DNA of 63,895 nucleotides, the filler included, from Octopus bimaculoides (lineage: Eukaryota), in the NCBI RefSeq assembly GCF_001194135.2. It is 5 parts of 5 records of this genome, joined end to end, with 100 filler letters (N's around TTAATTAATTAA, not from the genome) between each part and the next. Parts side by side here need not be neighbours in the genome. Positions count along the whole stretch, not along the records: positions 1 to 16,049 come from NC_068990.1; 4 more parts are not named here. One strand, written 5' to 3'. Within the stretch, counting starts at the first letter, position 1, and each line of letters starts with the position of its first letter. The position numbers and the translations under genes were made by a program. The notes below the pieces were generated by a model. It ran no database searches, was not told the DNA's origin, and was given only the letters and a program-made list of their open reading frames with translations. This document shows positions 1 to 12,892 of this stretch, in pieces.

Positions 1-186
1 TATATATATATATATATCACGACGCAAATTTCGTTCAAATATGCGACAAATTGGTACACGTTATTGTCCATCGCCCATTTCAAGAAAGGTGAAACGCCTC
101 TATCGTTCTGATGAATCACCGCTGCAACTATGTTCGTTTCGCTTCGATATATGTGTGTGTGTGTACGTATGTGTGTNNNNNNNNNN

Positions 187-220
<34 letters not shown>

Positions 221-459
221 TCTTTCTCTATCTCGTATCAATACAATCATTTGCCAGCTAGAATTGCCGCGGGAGTGGCTCAAGGGCCTAAAGCTTCGTG
301 CTGACTTATTTACCAGACACACGTGTACACACCTAGTTTTGCATACATACGTAGGCGCATATATACACATACAGAAACATATACACGCCTGCACAAACAC
401 ACATACAGCTGCATATACATACACATACGTACATACATACATACATACATATACGTACA

Positions 460-555
<96 letters not shown>

Positions 556-1292
556 NNNNNNNNNNNNNNNNNNNNNNNNNNNNNNNNNNNNNNNNNNNNN
601 NNNNNNNNNNNNNNNNNNNNNNNNNNNNNNNNNNNNNNNNNNNNNNNNNNNNNNNNNNNNNNNNNNNNNNNNNNNNNNNNNNNNNNNNNNNNNNNNNNNN
701 NNNNNNNNNNNNNNNNNNNNNNNNNNNNNNNNNNNNNNNGAAACGCCTCTATCGTTCTGATGAATCACCGCTGCAACTATGTTCGTTTCGCTTCGATATA
801 TGTGTGTGTGTGTACGTATGTGTGTGCGTGTACACACACACATGTGTGTGTGTATGTGTGTGTGTGTACACACACATACTTCGTCAGGCCAAGAGTAGAC
901 TGTGCTAGACACCTCGACTTACCACTTCCGAGGTTCTGCTTGCTTTGAAGCATATGTAGCCCAGATCTTATCGACTCGATTTCTTAACTCTTGTACCCGT
1001 AATCGCAAACCCGACAACCTTGATTGCATACCGTGAAATATAAAAAAAATATTTCAGCTGATCGTACTTCGATGCGAAAAATCCACAATCTTTCGCCTCG
1101 TTAAACCACTATTGTTCCCCCGGAAAGTTGATATTAATATTTACTACGGATTGCTCGAAACTAACATTCTTCCTGCACCTCGATCCTTGGATCTTACATT
1201 TATATATATACTTACATACATCTTATTGATAGAAATGGTAAGACGACAAAAGAATGAAAGAGGCCTCGATATTATGTAAATAGAGGAATTTA

Positions 1293-1481
1293 TATGTAAA
1301 TATAATATGTGACAACTGTTCGGTAGCCATGATAAAACTCAGATTTTCGGATGTTGGGGCAGAAACCCATTCCGGCATCTCTTCAGTTATCGGGCCATCA
1401 AAAAATAGCATCCGAAACTCGGAGTTTTATCATGGCTACTGAATAATTGTCACATATCATATTTACAGTTATATTTACATA
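1293..1481. repeat. Long inverted repeat (fold-back), arms about 1293-1353 and 1409-1481
   Basis: TATGTAAATATAATATGTGACAACTGTTCGGTAGCCATGATAAAACTCAGATTTTCGGATG is the near reverse complement of CATCCGAAACTCGGAGTTTTATCATGGCTACTGAATAATTGTCACATATCATATTTAC. Confidence 0.85.
1331..1391 (-). ncRNA. Type I hammerhead ribozyme motif within a fold-back element
   Basis: Minus strand reads GATAA-CTGAAGA-GATG...CATC-C-GAAA-ATCTGAGT-T-TTATC. Stem I GATAA/TTATC is perfect, there is one mismatch in stem III and an extra C before GAAA. Confidence 0.5.
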
Positions 1482-1563
1482 CATCTAGATATGAAGCATT
1501 ATGAACATTTTACCTTTTACATTCTGGTCTCTTCTTGATCCATACGTTCATCATTATCATCAT

Positions 1564-1614
<51 letters not shown>

Positions 1615-1629
1615 CATCATCATCATCAT

Positions 1630-1850
1630 TTAACGTTCGTTTTCCATTGTACCATGGGTTGGAGGGCTCGACAGGAGGTGGCCAGCCGGTGAGCTGCACC
1701 AGCCTCTAGTTGTCGGTTTTCACCTGGCTTCTACGGCTGGATGCTCTTCTTAAACCCAACCACATTACAGAGTGTACTGGGTGCATTTTACTTGACACCA
1801 ACACCACTACTTTATCTGTGCAACTGACATGGGTGCTTTTTACGTGCACT
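1630..1850 (-). mobile_element. SINE/LINE 3' end with (GAT)n(CTG)n tail; the tail explains the poly-His/poly-Gln ORF at 1501-1692
   Basis: CATn-TTAACGTTCGTTTTCCAT...CTACGGCTGGATGCTCTTCTTAAACCCAACC resembles common RTE-type retroposon 3' ends (recalled, not searched). Confidence 0.5.
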
Positions 1851-1929
1851 TCTCTTTAACATGTTATATATGTGTATATGTTATAAATTTACTGGATACC
1901 TGTTGACTACCTGCTAACGTATGTTCTGT

Positions 1930-2014
<85 letters not shown>

Positions 2015-2343
2015 ATAATTTCTTTCATATTGAAATGAATACTAGAAGAAGGTTGCGAAACGGCCGTAACCCTATGGAGGTCACGCTGTTAAATAAATGT
2101 ACACTCTCCTCTCATACGTCCAGACCTTATGCTTTCTATATACATATCATGCAATTATTTTATCACGAGGATTTTTTTGAGCTTCAGTTACGCGGATGCT
2201 CTGCATCACACTTCTTTGTAATTGATAACAATATGCAAATGGAGCTTTTTGTTATAGCTGCACGTTTCTCCGCATTCACATCTTATGCTACTCGTCGATT
2301 TAATTCATATATACTTTCCCACACATAGTAAATATTGTAATAC

Positions 2344-2378
2344 TCATGTTTGTTGTCTTTTTTCTATTTCAGGTAAGT
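2344..2378 (+). other. Juxtaposed 3' and 5' splice signals (candidate recursive splice site)
   Basis: CTCAT branch-like motif at 2344-2348, pyrimidine tract at 2349-2370, then AG (2371-2372) followed immediately by GTAAGT. Confidence 0.5.
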
Positions 2379-2650
2379 CATTCAAATATAATTGATCAAC
2401 ATTTCATAATTACCCAACAGTGAAAAACAAAACAAGGTAAAATACTTTTTCATTTATATCATTCATTCCGTTCAAAATAAACGCTCTACAAAGAACGACG
2501 TAGATGCCCGACAAACACTATTTGATACTCCACTTTTGTGGTCTTCAGCCAGTCGGACTCCTGCTGATCATGTATGGCAGCAGTTCCTAACATTGTTTGC
2601 ATCGCGGTCCGGAAAGTCATGCCTAAAACAAAATACAAATAAGCGCATAA

Positions 2651-3891
2651 TACGTGGGTTGACTGAAACGTTTAATGGCTGACAATGAAGGAGTGATATC
2701 TGAGCTGTAAAATCTTGCATGCATTAGTTTCAGCCTTTCTTATTAACCACTGCATTGGTAAACGCACATTTGACTGTTCAAAAAAGACTTTAAAAATAAC
2801 TAGTAGCGAATTGTCTTGAAAATGGACAAAATTTGGTATCGTGGTATTATCTAGTACCTGCAGAAAAGGGGTTTTATCCCCTAAGGACATTTGTGCTGAC
2901 GTGGTTGCTACATTAGAGGATGATGCTTCAGTTTTATCAACAGTGAAAGGGAGTGACTTAAAGATAGGGAGTGTCTCAAAAATGACCCAAGGTTTGGACG
3001 TCCTACAATTGCCACCACTGAGGAAAACATTGACCGTGTTCACCACGTGGTAATGAACGACAGGCGATTGACTATACATCAAATAACCAATACTATTAGT
3101 ATACCCCATGAGAAAATTGAGAATATTCTGCACAGTGAACTTGGCATGACGAAGGTGCCACGTTTTCTAATACGTGATCAAAAGCGCAGCAAGCTGAACA
3201 TATCACAGGAAAATCTGATATTGTTTGAGGCAGATTCAGCTGGTCATTGGGTATTGGGTGTTGGATTCATCACTTTGAGCCGGAGACAAAGAGGCAATCT
3301 ATGCAGTGGGGACACCCCCTCCTCATCAACACCAAAAAAAGGCCAACGTAGTTTCGCTTGCAGAAAAGGCCTCCGTTTTGGGGGATGCATGAGACATTGT
3401 GTTTATTGACTAACTTCAAAAGGGCTACACTGTAGAGAGTACTATGCTATCTTATAGAAGTAGTTACGAAAGGCTATTAAGACCAACCGTCCAGGAAAAC
3501 TGATGAAGGGGGTCTTATTTCGTCAGGACAAGGCTCCAGCACAGAAGTCCTTCGTTTCAATGGATGATGAGCGTGACTGTGGCTTTAAAGTGGTTGACCA
3601 CTTCCCTATTCACCAGATTTGGCTCTATCTGACTGTCATCAGTTCCTCAACACGAAAAACACTTGACTGGGAACTAGTATCGCAGTGGTGATGACATAAT
3701 ATCTACTGTTGATGACATTTTTTTTAAACTATAGGATGAAAGCTACTTCACCAATTAGATCCAAGCATGGCAACACCGATGGAAGAAGTGTGTGAACCGT
3801 AAGGAGGATTCTGTTGAAAAATAAACCTCGTTTGATCACATTCCATAAGAGTATCTTGGTCAGCGTAAGAACCTTTCAGCCGACCCTCGTA
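2651..3891 (+). mobile_element. Near full-length, decayed mariner transposon
   Basis: Imperfect TIRs (TACGTGGGTTGACTGAAACGTT and reverse-complement TACGAGGGTCGGCTGAAAGGTT) with TA at both ends. Frameshifted transposase pieces MVMNDRRLTIHQIT...ILHSELGMTKV and GVLFRQDKAPA (HQDNAPAH motif). Confidence 0.9.
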
Positions 3892-5005
3892 TATAATCTA
3901 ATTATTACACACACACACACACACACAGCACACACACACACACACACACACACAGACATACACACACAGACGAGTGCGCATACACACACAGACGAGTGCG
4001 CATACACACAATCGCTTGCATAAACTTGCATAAATACACATGCACGGTTGTACTCTACATTTCATTCACCTGATATTGATCAACCCGGGACTACAGCAGA
4101 AAGTACCTTTCCAAAGTACCATTCAGTGGAATTGAACTCGGATCTACGTAGATGTGAAGGGAACTTATGAATCACACGACTATGCTAATAAACTTGATTG
4201 CAATTTCTATTTTTCTTATACGACTATAAATTTTTAGGTCAACGTAAGAACAAGGAAAAAACAAATAAAACATGCAGGAAACATAGTTTCATTGGCTAAT
4301 TTTTATATTTGGTCGAAAGAATTAACAACACACTTTGGCACTGTTTCTTGTCGAAGAAAAGAATTTCTTTTCACATGTCCGAATCTAGCTGTGATTAAAA
4401 AGGTCCTACAGACGGAATCAACGAAGTGATTTACTGGTAAATTGACATAGTTTAATCCAAATAACCAACGTTCAGCTAAGTACGAATGTTGTTGACAATT
4501 GGCTTAATTCTTGTATCAATTCTCTCGCTCTCTCTCCACTCACTCTCTCTTTCTCTCTCAATATATATGTGTGTGTATGTATGCGTGTACTTACACACAT
4601 ATGTACACATATGTATATATACATATACACACACACACACATATATACATATGCTTTGTGAAAAAGCAAGTAAAGACCACTCGATAGGCTTCGTTGAGTT
4701 TATATTCATTTATATTAACAAATTGACTTACAATCGCATAACTCAAACTTTTATGCAAATGAGGAAAACATTCCTGATCGTTCCGATGCAGCTTTTCAGT
4801 AAAGCGACTTCCATAGGTTCTAACTACTAGTTAAGGCTGCGCTTAGTGTATGATAAGGTTAAAGGGAAGAATTATGATAAGGTTAAAGGGAAGAATTATC
4901 CCGCGTTTATCTCTCTATAGGGGCAGGTGCAAGGAAAACTCTACTTTGTTGTCAAGATTTATATGGGAATTCCATAATTAGGGAATCACACATCCTAGTA
5001 TAACC

Positions 5006-5417
5006 TCTTTTTCTCTTTTACTCTTTTACTTGTTTCAGTCATTTGACTGCGGCCATGCTGGAGCACCGCCATTAGTCGAGCAAATCGACCCCAGGACTTA
5101 TTTTTTGTAAGCCTAGTACTTATTCTATCGGTCTCTTATGCCGAACCGCTAAGCTACGGGGACGTAAACACACCAGTATCGGTTGTCAAGCGATATTGGG
5201 GGGACAAACACAGACACACAAACACACACATATATATATACATATACATATATACGACAGTCTTCTTTCAGTTTTCGTCTACCAAATCCACTCACAAGGC
5301 TTTGGTCGGTCCGAGGATATAGTAGAAGACACTTGCCCAAGGTGCCACGCAGTGGGACTGAACCCGGAACCATGTGGTTGGTAAACAAGCTACTTACCAC
5401 ACTGCCACTCCTGCGCC
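5006..5417 (-). mobile_element. tRNA-derived SINE family A, full-length copy
   Basis: Minus-strand head GGCGCAGGAGTGGCAGTGTGGTAAG...GGTTCAGTCCC (A/B-box like), internal TA/CA microsatellite and (AAAGAGT)n-like tail. Homologous to the copies listed below. Confidence 0.85.
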
Positions 5418-5716
5418 CTTGAGACATTTTTCAGAAAGTTCCTCACTATTCACTCAGAAAAGTAATTGTACATTTTGCAACACCCAGCTATATCCTCAAA
5501 TAGAAAAGATTGTCTACGGGCTAACTGAAAATCTTTTACTAGTAATATCTCAAGTTTTCTTTTACATGAGACCTGAATTGTCTTCCAACTGCCAATAACG
5601 GAATAACCAAAGTAAATAGCCAACAGTTTCATACTCCGTTGCAATAGGGAATGACTCTATATACATGTATTACGATATTGAGACACTTTACAGTTTGCTG
5701 TTCCTGAGTTTCCAAA

Positions 5717-5935
5717 TATATTGGTTTCAAATTTTGGTTCAAGGCCAGCAATTCCGAGAGAGGGGAAAAGTCGATTACATCGACCCCCAGTACTCAACAG
5801 GTACTTAGTTTATCGACTCCGAAACGATGAAAGGCAAAGTCGACCTCGGCAGAATTTGTACTTAGAACGTAAAGACGGACGAAACGCTGATAAGCATTTT
5901 GCCCGGCGGGCTTACGAATCTGCCAGTTCGCCGTC
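5717..5935 (-). mobile_element. SINE family B copy
   Basis: Reverse complement of the GGCGAGCTGGCAGAA...GAGGTCGACTTTGCCTTTCATC...GTCGAT element also seen at 41417, 42919 and 48687. Confidence 0.85.
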
Positions 5936-6430
5936 TTTGAGTTTCCAAATATATTAACACAAAAATATGTTGTCCTCGTGACTCGTGAAGTAATGTATAT
6001 ATGTGGATGCGATGAGCCCCATATAGTTCCTCTCAACACAACAAGAGGATGTTATCATTGCACTTCACCTTACCGTTGTAGAAACGAACAAAATACCATG
6101 CGGGCAGAATAGATTTCTACTTGGAGCCGGTTGTTGAAATGGGAGCTGGCTGGATGTGATGGATAACGATGGCTGATGTTACTCTGGGTCTTGTAGAAGT
6201 GTTTTGTATTTGTGTGCAAGGGTGAAAATTCTCTTAATTGGGCTAAAGCATTCTTGGCTACGTTGATAGCTACATTCATATTAAACAAAGTAGATTATTT
6301 ACAATCCCTTTTGTTCTGCTGTTTTATGGCAGAGTTGATTCTATAAGTGTTAATGTATGCATATAAATGACTATACATGTATATCCTTGTAAGTATATGG
6401 ATGTAAATAAGTACATATGTATGTGTGTGC

Positions 6431-6493
<63 letters not shown>

Positions 6494-7789
6494 CATACAT
6501 AAATATATATATCTATGTATTATATAAGTATATTTATATGCATACGCATATTTAGACACACACATGCATAAATACACATACGTATAAACACATATATGTA
6601 TACATATATATAAATGTGTAAATGCCTTTATATGTGTGCGAATGCAAATATACTTGTCTACTTGGGAGTGTATGTGTTAAGTATGTATATATATATGGAT
6701 ATATTTGTACACACACACATGCACACACATATATACACACACACACACAAATACATATATGCATGGGGGTGGTGTAGGTATATGGTTTCAGGGGTGGAAG
6801 CTAATAAGAAAATGTTGTAACTAGAACGTATAAGGAATTAGTGGCGGAGTAAATAGAATAATGAAGTAAACAAATGACAAAGAAATCAGTAATTTCAGTT
6901 GCAAAAAGCTAGACATGAAAGTATAGAATTTTCCATAAAATAACATAGAAATAAAGGAATTGATAAACAGCCGAAAAGATACACACACACACACACACAC
7001 ATACACACACACACACACACATACACACACACACACAAACAAAGTCACAGAAACACAAACTGACACAAGCACTCGCGCACACTCACACATATGTTTAGAT
7101 GTATAAAAGCCAACACGCAGGTATATATATAGTAATAGATATATTCATATAAACAACTAAATAACGAANNNNNNNNNNTATATATAGATAGATAGATAGA
7201 TAGATAGATATATTTATATATATTTGTGTGTGTGTGTGTATAAACTATAAAAGTGACATCATTAACACACTCAAAGACAAAACTTTTTAAAAAATTATTT
7301 AAGTATTAGAGCCTAACAACGTCAGCTATCACGAAACGAGGATTTAGGCATAAACATACTACTCTACATATGCAAAGAGTGGGGGCTGAAAAGTTACTGA
7401 CTTCATGGGTGTCGCGAAAGACCTGGTTAGAGGCCCAACCTTTCGAGTTCTTTTACCGGGCTTAGAAAAACTGAAGGACTGCTGCAATAAGTGTATGAAT
7501 CTGAGAGCGGAATATATTGAATAAAATCGTTATTAACTAACTCTCCTGTATTTTCTTTTACCCGAAGCTAGGAATTTTGTCGCACTCCCTCGTATGATTG
7601 TGATAAAGATTATAGGATTATGCTAGGTGTTCACGGCTAAATTTAGCAGTTTGCTTAAAAGGAAAGCACAACATCCCATCCAAAAATAGAAGTATTTTTA
7701 AAAGAAACATCAAAAAGATATCAACTCGATCAGTGGTTCCCAACCTGTGGTCCGCGGACTCCTGGTAGTTCGCAAAGGTTGTAATCAGG

Positions 7790-8215
7790 GAATTAGCTTA
7801 TGACTTATCTCAGCTTCCACCACGATCTAAAGACGGCTACGGAACCTGACACATGCCTTCCTCAGTTTGTTCCTGGGAATATCTTCAAACACCTTCCTAA
7901 TCTTGACCATCAGCTCGGTCTTCGGGTTTCAGCCAGAGCGGTTGGTTTCTTTTTCAACCGTGCCCTACACGTAGTAATCCATGGGATTTCAATCGCGGGA
8001 ATTGGGAAGCCAGAAATTGGTGCTGTTGAAAAGTCGAAGAAATTCTCCGATAACCACTTTTGATTCTTTCTGGAGGTATGGCAAAGAACCGAATCCTGCT
8101 GCCACACATGGTCTTCCGGCAGCAACCTTCTCCAGTCGGGCTTTGACGACAGCTTCACATTATCGTGTGAATTGAGCCTAACGCTTATGTTCAAAGATTT
8201 CGGAATGGATTCTAA
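7790..8215 (-). mobile_element. Tc1/mariner transposase fragment (catalytic domain)
   Basis: HVWQQDSVLCHTSRKNQKWLSENF (QQDxAPxH motif), followed by a frameshifted WxPNSPDxNP-like region. Confidence 0.8.
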
Positions 8216-8846
8216 ATTATGCTAAAGAAACTCTATCTATTGGAACTCCTATAAAATTATAAAATAAGACTTTATAATGTTCTACAGATTTAACGTCCAC
8301 TGACATGAAACAAGAAGAAAATACGAGATAAAAGAAGGGTACAAGCGTGAACAAAATATAACCGGAAGGTTTTATCTCCGCCTTTTACGTACTTCCGTAA
8401 AGGTTGGCCCCCTTCTTTCATCAAGCTTTAATACCTGATATAGAAACGTTACACTCTCTGAACTGACTGTTCTTTCAAATAACTGTCTTTATAATATATT
8501 AAATTATTGATTTCTTTATTGCTTGTTTGTTTTTTTATATTCTAATATCCCTGCTTCTTTTTCATATATGCCTTACCGTCATGTTCTTCTTAATTACTTT
8601 TATCTAAACACTTTGTTATTAAAATTCGTTTTTCTGACGGAGGACAGTCATTAGATTCTTCCATTGCTGACACCGTATTATCGTCAAGATTCTAAGGCAT
8701 ATATACATACTCTCTGTCTCTGTCTGTCTGTCTGTCTCTCTCTCACACACACACACACACACGCACACACACACACACCCGCGCACACATACATATATAT
8801 ATGCATACACATATATATACCTGTACTTATACATATATATATATGC

Positions 8847-8884
<38 letters not shown>

Positions 8885-9563
8885 ACATATGTAAATACGC
8901 ATACATACACACACNNNNNNNNNNNNNNNNNNNNNNNNNNNNNNNNNNNNNNNNNNNNNNNNNNNNNNNNNNNNNNNNNNNNNNNNNNNNNNNNNNNNNN
9001 NNNNNNNNNNNNNNNNNNNNNNNNNNNNNNNNNNNNNNNNNNNNNNNNNNNNNNNNNNNNNNNNNNNNNNNNNNNNNNNNNNNNNNNNNNNNNNNNNNNN
9101 NNNNNNNNNNNNNNNNNNNNNNNNNNNNNNNNNNNNNNNNNNNNNNNNNNNNNNNNNNNNNNNNNNNNNNNNNNNNNNNNNNNNNNNNNNNNNNNNNNNN
9201 NNNNNNNNNNNNNNNNNNNNNNNNNNNNNNNNNNNNNNNNNNNNNNNNNNNNNNNNNNNNNNNNNNNNNNNNNNNNNNNNNNNNNNNNNNNNNNNNNNNN
9301 NNNNNNNNNNNNNNNNNNNNNNNNNNNNNNNNNNNNNNNNNNNNNNNNNNNNNNNNNNNNNNNNNNNNNNNNNNNNNNNNNNNNNNNNNNNNNNNNNNNN
9401 NNNNNNNNNNNNNNNNNNNNNNNNNNNNNNNNNNNNNNNNNNNNNNNNNNNNNNNNNNNNNNNNNNNNNNNNNNNNNNNNNNNNNNNNNNNNNNNNNNNT
9501 ATATATATATATATATATATATATGTTGGAGAAGCAACTCATGCTAATCCCTGTATATTTATG

Positions 9564-9594
<31 letters not shown>

Positions 9595-10326
9595 TTGTGT
9601 GTGTGTATGTGTGAAAGTATATATATGTGTGTGTGTATGTGAAAGTATGTATATATGGGTGTGTGCGTATGTGTGTGACAGAAATAATACATGTATGCAC
9701 GCACAAAAGAATTTTTATACTTATATAGAGATGTCTATACATAAATACATACATGATATATGTATATGTATACATTATATATATATGTGTATGTGTGTGT
9801 GTGTACATGTTAAATATCTTCATATCTGTGTTTATATGTACGTATGCATGTATTTGAGAATATATATATATGTGAGAATATATATATAAATATATGTATG
9901 TATATAAGTGTGTGTGTGTTTATGCATACGAATGTATATGCATAAACCTAGTTATGCATATGTATGTGTTCAAATGTGTATGTGTATGACTGGGTATACT
10001 TTACATTCTGGCGAGTAGTTTGACCAGTCTGAACAAGCTATTATTATCTGTTTAAAACCACGCCTGCTATTTTTGTTTCCCTCTCGACCGTTTTCTTCGC
10101 AGTATTATTAACGATTTGATCAAGTCTTTGATAGCTAGAAATCCCTATCTTCGGTCTTTCTCTGTATGTATACGTGTATGTGTGTCTGTGTCTGTGCGTG
10201 TGTGCATATATGTATACGTATGTACATACATACATACATACATAAATACGTACACACATGCATACTTACATATATACATATATATGTACATATGCGTGTG
10301 TGCTTGCATGTGTACGTGTATCTCAC

Positions 10327-10414
<88 letters not shown>

Positions 10415-10614
10415 TACATAATACATACATATACATGCAGATATATGCATATATTTTCATATATATATGATATATATAGATATATATACATACATAAACA
10501 CACATGCCTATATATTTACATATATACATGGATATATATGCATGTATATATAATATGTGCAAGCATATATAAGTGTATGAGTGCATCTGTGCTTCCCTGA
10601 GTGTGCACGTGTGA

Positions 10615-10651
<37 letters not shown>

Positions 10652-11149
10652 GTGAGTGTTTGCTTGTATGTGTGTGTGTGTGTCTGTGAAAGAGAGATAA
10701 GGCGAGTGAGGGAGAGGGAAAGACAGAGTGCGCGTAAGCATTGGCATCCTTTCCCTCTCTCGATGCTGCAGTAGTGCTTTCGTTGGAGTCGGTCCAGTGG
10801 ACCATTTGAACCTGCAGAAAGAAATAACTATGAGAGACTCATTGATTACCATCGATATAGTGAAATAAAGCCTTTAATGATTATTTCTTTTCACTGCGCA
10901 ATATACTCCACTTTCACTGGCCAAATTTACCAAGCTATAAATAGATACCATGCGGAGGTAACATTATCCGCTGCAAGTTTACAGTGTAACTGTGAAACAC
11001 TTAATTTATTTTATTAATTCCAAATTTGGAAATAGTAAAATAATGTGTATAGACACTTGTAGACCGACCGATGCGTTGAATGTAAAAATGGGCACCGGTA
11101 GGATTTGAAATCAGAACTTCACTGTGTAGGCGCAGGCACGGCTATGAAG

Positions 11150-11325
11150 GCGTTGGCATGGCTGTGTGTTACGAAGTTTGTTTCCCAACCACATGTCTTT
11201 GGGGTTCGACCCTTACTTCTGACATCATGGGCAAATTGTTTTCTGCTAGCACCCTCGTACCGACCAAAGCCTTGTGAGACGATTTGGCTGGCGAAAACTG
11301 AAAGAAACTTGTTGTGTATATATCT
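11150..11325 (+). mobile_element. SINE family A, old diverged 5' half
   Basis: TGGCTGTGTGTTACGAAGTTTGTTTCCCAACCACATG...CCGACCAAAGCCTTGTGAG. Confidence 0.7.
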
Positions 11326-11357
11326 ATATGCACATACACAAAGAGTATGTATGTATG

Positions 11358-11391
<34 letters not shown>

Positions 11392-11397
11392 TGTATG

Positions 11398-11429
<32 letters not shown>

Positions 11430-11486
11430 GATAGATAGATAGATATGTGTGTGGACTATGCAACTGAAGCAGAATTAAATAAAAAT

Positions 11487-11649
11487 GGTGCAGGAGTGGC
11501 TGTGTGGTAAGTAGCTTGCTTACCAACCACATGGTCCCGGGTTCAGTCCCACTGCGTGGCACCTTGGGCAAGTGTCTTCTACTATATCCTCAGACCGACC
11601 AAAGCCTTGTGAGTGGATTTGGTAGACCGAAACTGAAAGAAACCCGTCG

Positions 11650-11682
<33 letters not shown>

Positions 11683-11752
11683 ATGTGTGTGTTTGTGTGT
11701 GTGCGTTTGTCCCCCCAACATCGCTTGACAACCGATGCTGGTGTGTTTACGT
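11487..11752 (+). mobile_element. SINE family A copy, truncated by a gap
   Basis: GGTGCAGGAGTGGCTGTGTGGTAAGTAGCTTGCTTACCAACCACATGGTCCCGGGTTCAGTCCCACTGCGTGGCACC; near reverse complement of 5155-5417. Confidence 0.9.
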
Positions 11753-12569
11753 NNNNNNNNNNNNNNNNNNNNNNNNNNNNNNNNNNNNNNNNNNNNNNNN
11801 NNNNNNNNNNNNNNNNNNNNNNNNNNNNNNNNNNNNNNNNNNNNNNNNNNNNNNNNNNNNNNNNNNNNNNNNNNNNNNNNNNNNNNNNNNNNNNNNNNNN
11901 NNNNNNNNNNNNNNNNNNNNNNNNNNNNNNNNNNNNNNNNNNNNNNNNNNNNNNNNNNNNNNNNNNNNNNNNNNNNNNNNNNNNNNNNNNNNNNNNNNNN
12001 NNNNNNNNNNNNNNNNNNNNNNNNNNNNNNNNNNNNNNNNNNNNNNNNNNNNNNNNNNNNNNNNNNNNNNNNNNNNNNNNNNNNNNNNNNNNNNNNNNNN
12101 NNNNNNNNNNNNNNNNNNNNNNNNNNNNNNNNNNNNNNNNNNNNNNNNNNNNNNNNNNNNNNNNNNNNNNNNNNNNNNNNNNNNNNNNNNNNNNNNNNNN
12201 NNNNNNNNNNNNNNNNNNNNNNNNNNNNNNNNNNNNNNNNNNNNNNNNNNNNNNNNNNNNNNNNNNNNNNNNNNNNNNNNNNNNNNNNNNNNNNNNNNNN
12301 NNNNNNNNNNNNNNNNNNNNNNNNNNNNNNNNNATATATTACTTAATATATACACAGCGTTGACAGGCAAGATACTGTGGTTTAAGTCTGAGATAAAGTT
12401 TCTTATGGACATTCTCTAATAAAAACACAATACATATAGGAAAGGGGCAAAAATCGATCCTGAAACAGCTAGCGAGAAGGCCAGACGCATTTCGGCTTTC
12501 TTGAACCTTGTCAACGAGTTGTACTTGCAGCCACGTGGCTTGAAGAAATCTCTTGAGTCCTACATATCG

Positions 12570-12892
12570 CTGGCACTCTGTCGGTTACGAAGACGAGTGT
12601 CCCAGTCGATGCGATCCGCAAAACAGCCCGCTCATAAAATTAACCTGTAAGTGGCTAAACCCTCCACGAACACGAGTACTCTTAACGTAGTTCTCAGGGA
12701 GATTAAGTGTTACTCGGAATGTGATAAGGCTGGCCCTTTGGATTACAGGTACAACTAATTTTTGCTCGATGAGTGGACTGGAGCAACATGAAATAAAGTC
12801 TCTTGCTCAAGGACACAACGCGTCGCTGGGTATCGAACTCACGTCTTTACGATCGTAAGCTGAATACCCCTAACCACTGAGCCACGCGCTTT
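12570..12892 (-). mobile_element. tRNA-derived SINE family C copy
   Basis: Minus-strand head GCGCGTGGCTCAGTGGTTAGGGGTATTC...GAGTTCGATACCC (A and B boxes); body shared with 17350, 45788 and 47266. Confidence 0.85.

Noticed and set aside
91-825. Identical 86-bp segment at 91-176 and 740-825
   Set aside because: The second copy starts exactly at a gap edge and the first ends at one; most likely duplicated contig ends or haplotypes rather than a real duplication.
1501-1692. Poly-His/poly-Gln ORF
   Set aside because: Trinucleotide tail of a retroposon; no splice or homology support.
4851-4898. 24-bp tandem duplication (similar ones at 29076-29123 and 3961-4004)
   Set aside because: Two-copy slippage duplications with no spacers; not CRISPR-like and without evident function.
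6074-6270. Minus-strand open frame with GTAAGG donor
   Set aside because: Weak acceptor, no recognisable homology, and two scaffold joins or more away from exon 1.
12479-12520. Further hammerhead-like fragments (also near 7385, 8420, 33880, 35098, 46925 and 58790)
   Set aside because: Each lacks either CUGANGA or the GAAA/stem III part; too degenerate to call.
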